DNA of 49,246 nucleotides from a virus (Duplodnaviria; Heunggongvirae; Uroviricota; Caudoviricetes): IMG/VR virus record IMGVR_UViG_637000105_000003; one strand, 5' to 3'. Shown piece by piece: positions 48,953 to 49,246 of this stretch (position 1 is its first letter; each line of letters starts with the position of its first letter). The notes under the pieces were generated by a model. It saw only the letters and a program-made list of their open reading frames with translations, ran no database searches and was not told where the DNA came from. The position numbers and the translations under genes were made by a program.

Positions 48953-49246
48953 ATGGATATAAGCCCCTTACTTCATGCGCTTTGTGCTGTGGCTGCGCAG
49001 ATACTGGTTGGTCTTTTTACCGGAAACTGGGCTTACGGAGCGATAGCCGGTTGTACGTTCTTCATTGCGCGTGAACATACCCAGGCAGAATATCGCTGGA
49101 TTGAAATGTTCGGGCATGGCAAGCGAATGAATATGCCGTGGTGGGGCGGTTTTGATCCGCGAGCTTGGGATGTGGCAAGCCTGATGGATTTTGCTGTGCC
49201 GGTGGTGGCGTGTCTGCTGGTCTGGCTGTTGGTTAATCGTGGGTGA
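48953..49246 (+). CDS. Hypothetical small membrane protein (97 aa, two hydrophobic segments)
   Basis: ORF with GGAGGA RBS; hydrophobic stretches LLHALCAVAAQILVGLF and FAVPVVACLLVWLLV. Confidence 0.45.
   Translation: MDISPLLHALCAVAAQILVGLFTGNWAYGAIAGCTFFIAREHTQAEYRWIEMFGHGKRMNMPWWGGFDPRAWDVASLMDFAVPVVACLLVWLLVNRG

Overview
This window is the left ~49 kb of a lambda-like (lambdoid) prophage of an enterobacterium, most likely Escherichia coli, laid out in prophage order: integrase, a disrupted excisionase, the Ea22-like accessory region, the Red recombination and early-left genes (exo, bet, gam, kil, cIII, ral, sieB, N), the immunity region (cI, cro, cII), replication (O with ori iterons, P, ren), the nin region (ninB, a Dam-like methyltransferase, ninE, rusA), Q antiterminator, a porin moron, a holin/SAR-endolysin/Rz/Rz1 lysis cassette, bor, cos, and a lambda-type packaging/head/tail set (Nu1 through J) ending in a side tail fibre. 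Many proteins are near-identical to phage lambda by recollection; no database search was run. The prophage looks degraded: two apparently identical IS629 copies (1233..2542, splitting xis; 18444..19753, between ren and ninB), an IS21-family element (5436..7844) splitting an Ea22-like gene, a multiply frameshifted major tail gene V, an in-frame stop in the tail fibre, and nine N bases clustered in exo, cI and V. The most interesting locus is a two-gene, AT-rich operon (13712..15018) sitting exactly where lambda carries rexA/rexB, between cI and N; I recognise neither protein and propose it as a candidate lysogen-expressed anti-phage module. No tRNA, rRNA or CRISPR array was seen. Gene starts were chosen by eye from the ORF track and ribosome-binding sites.
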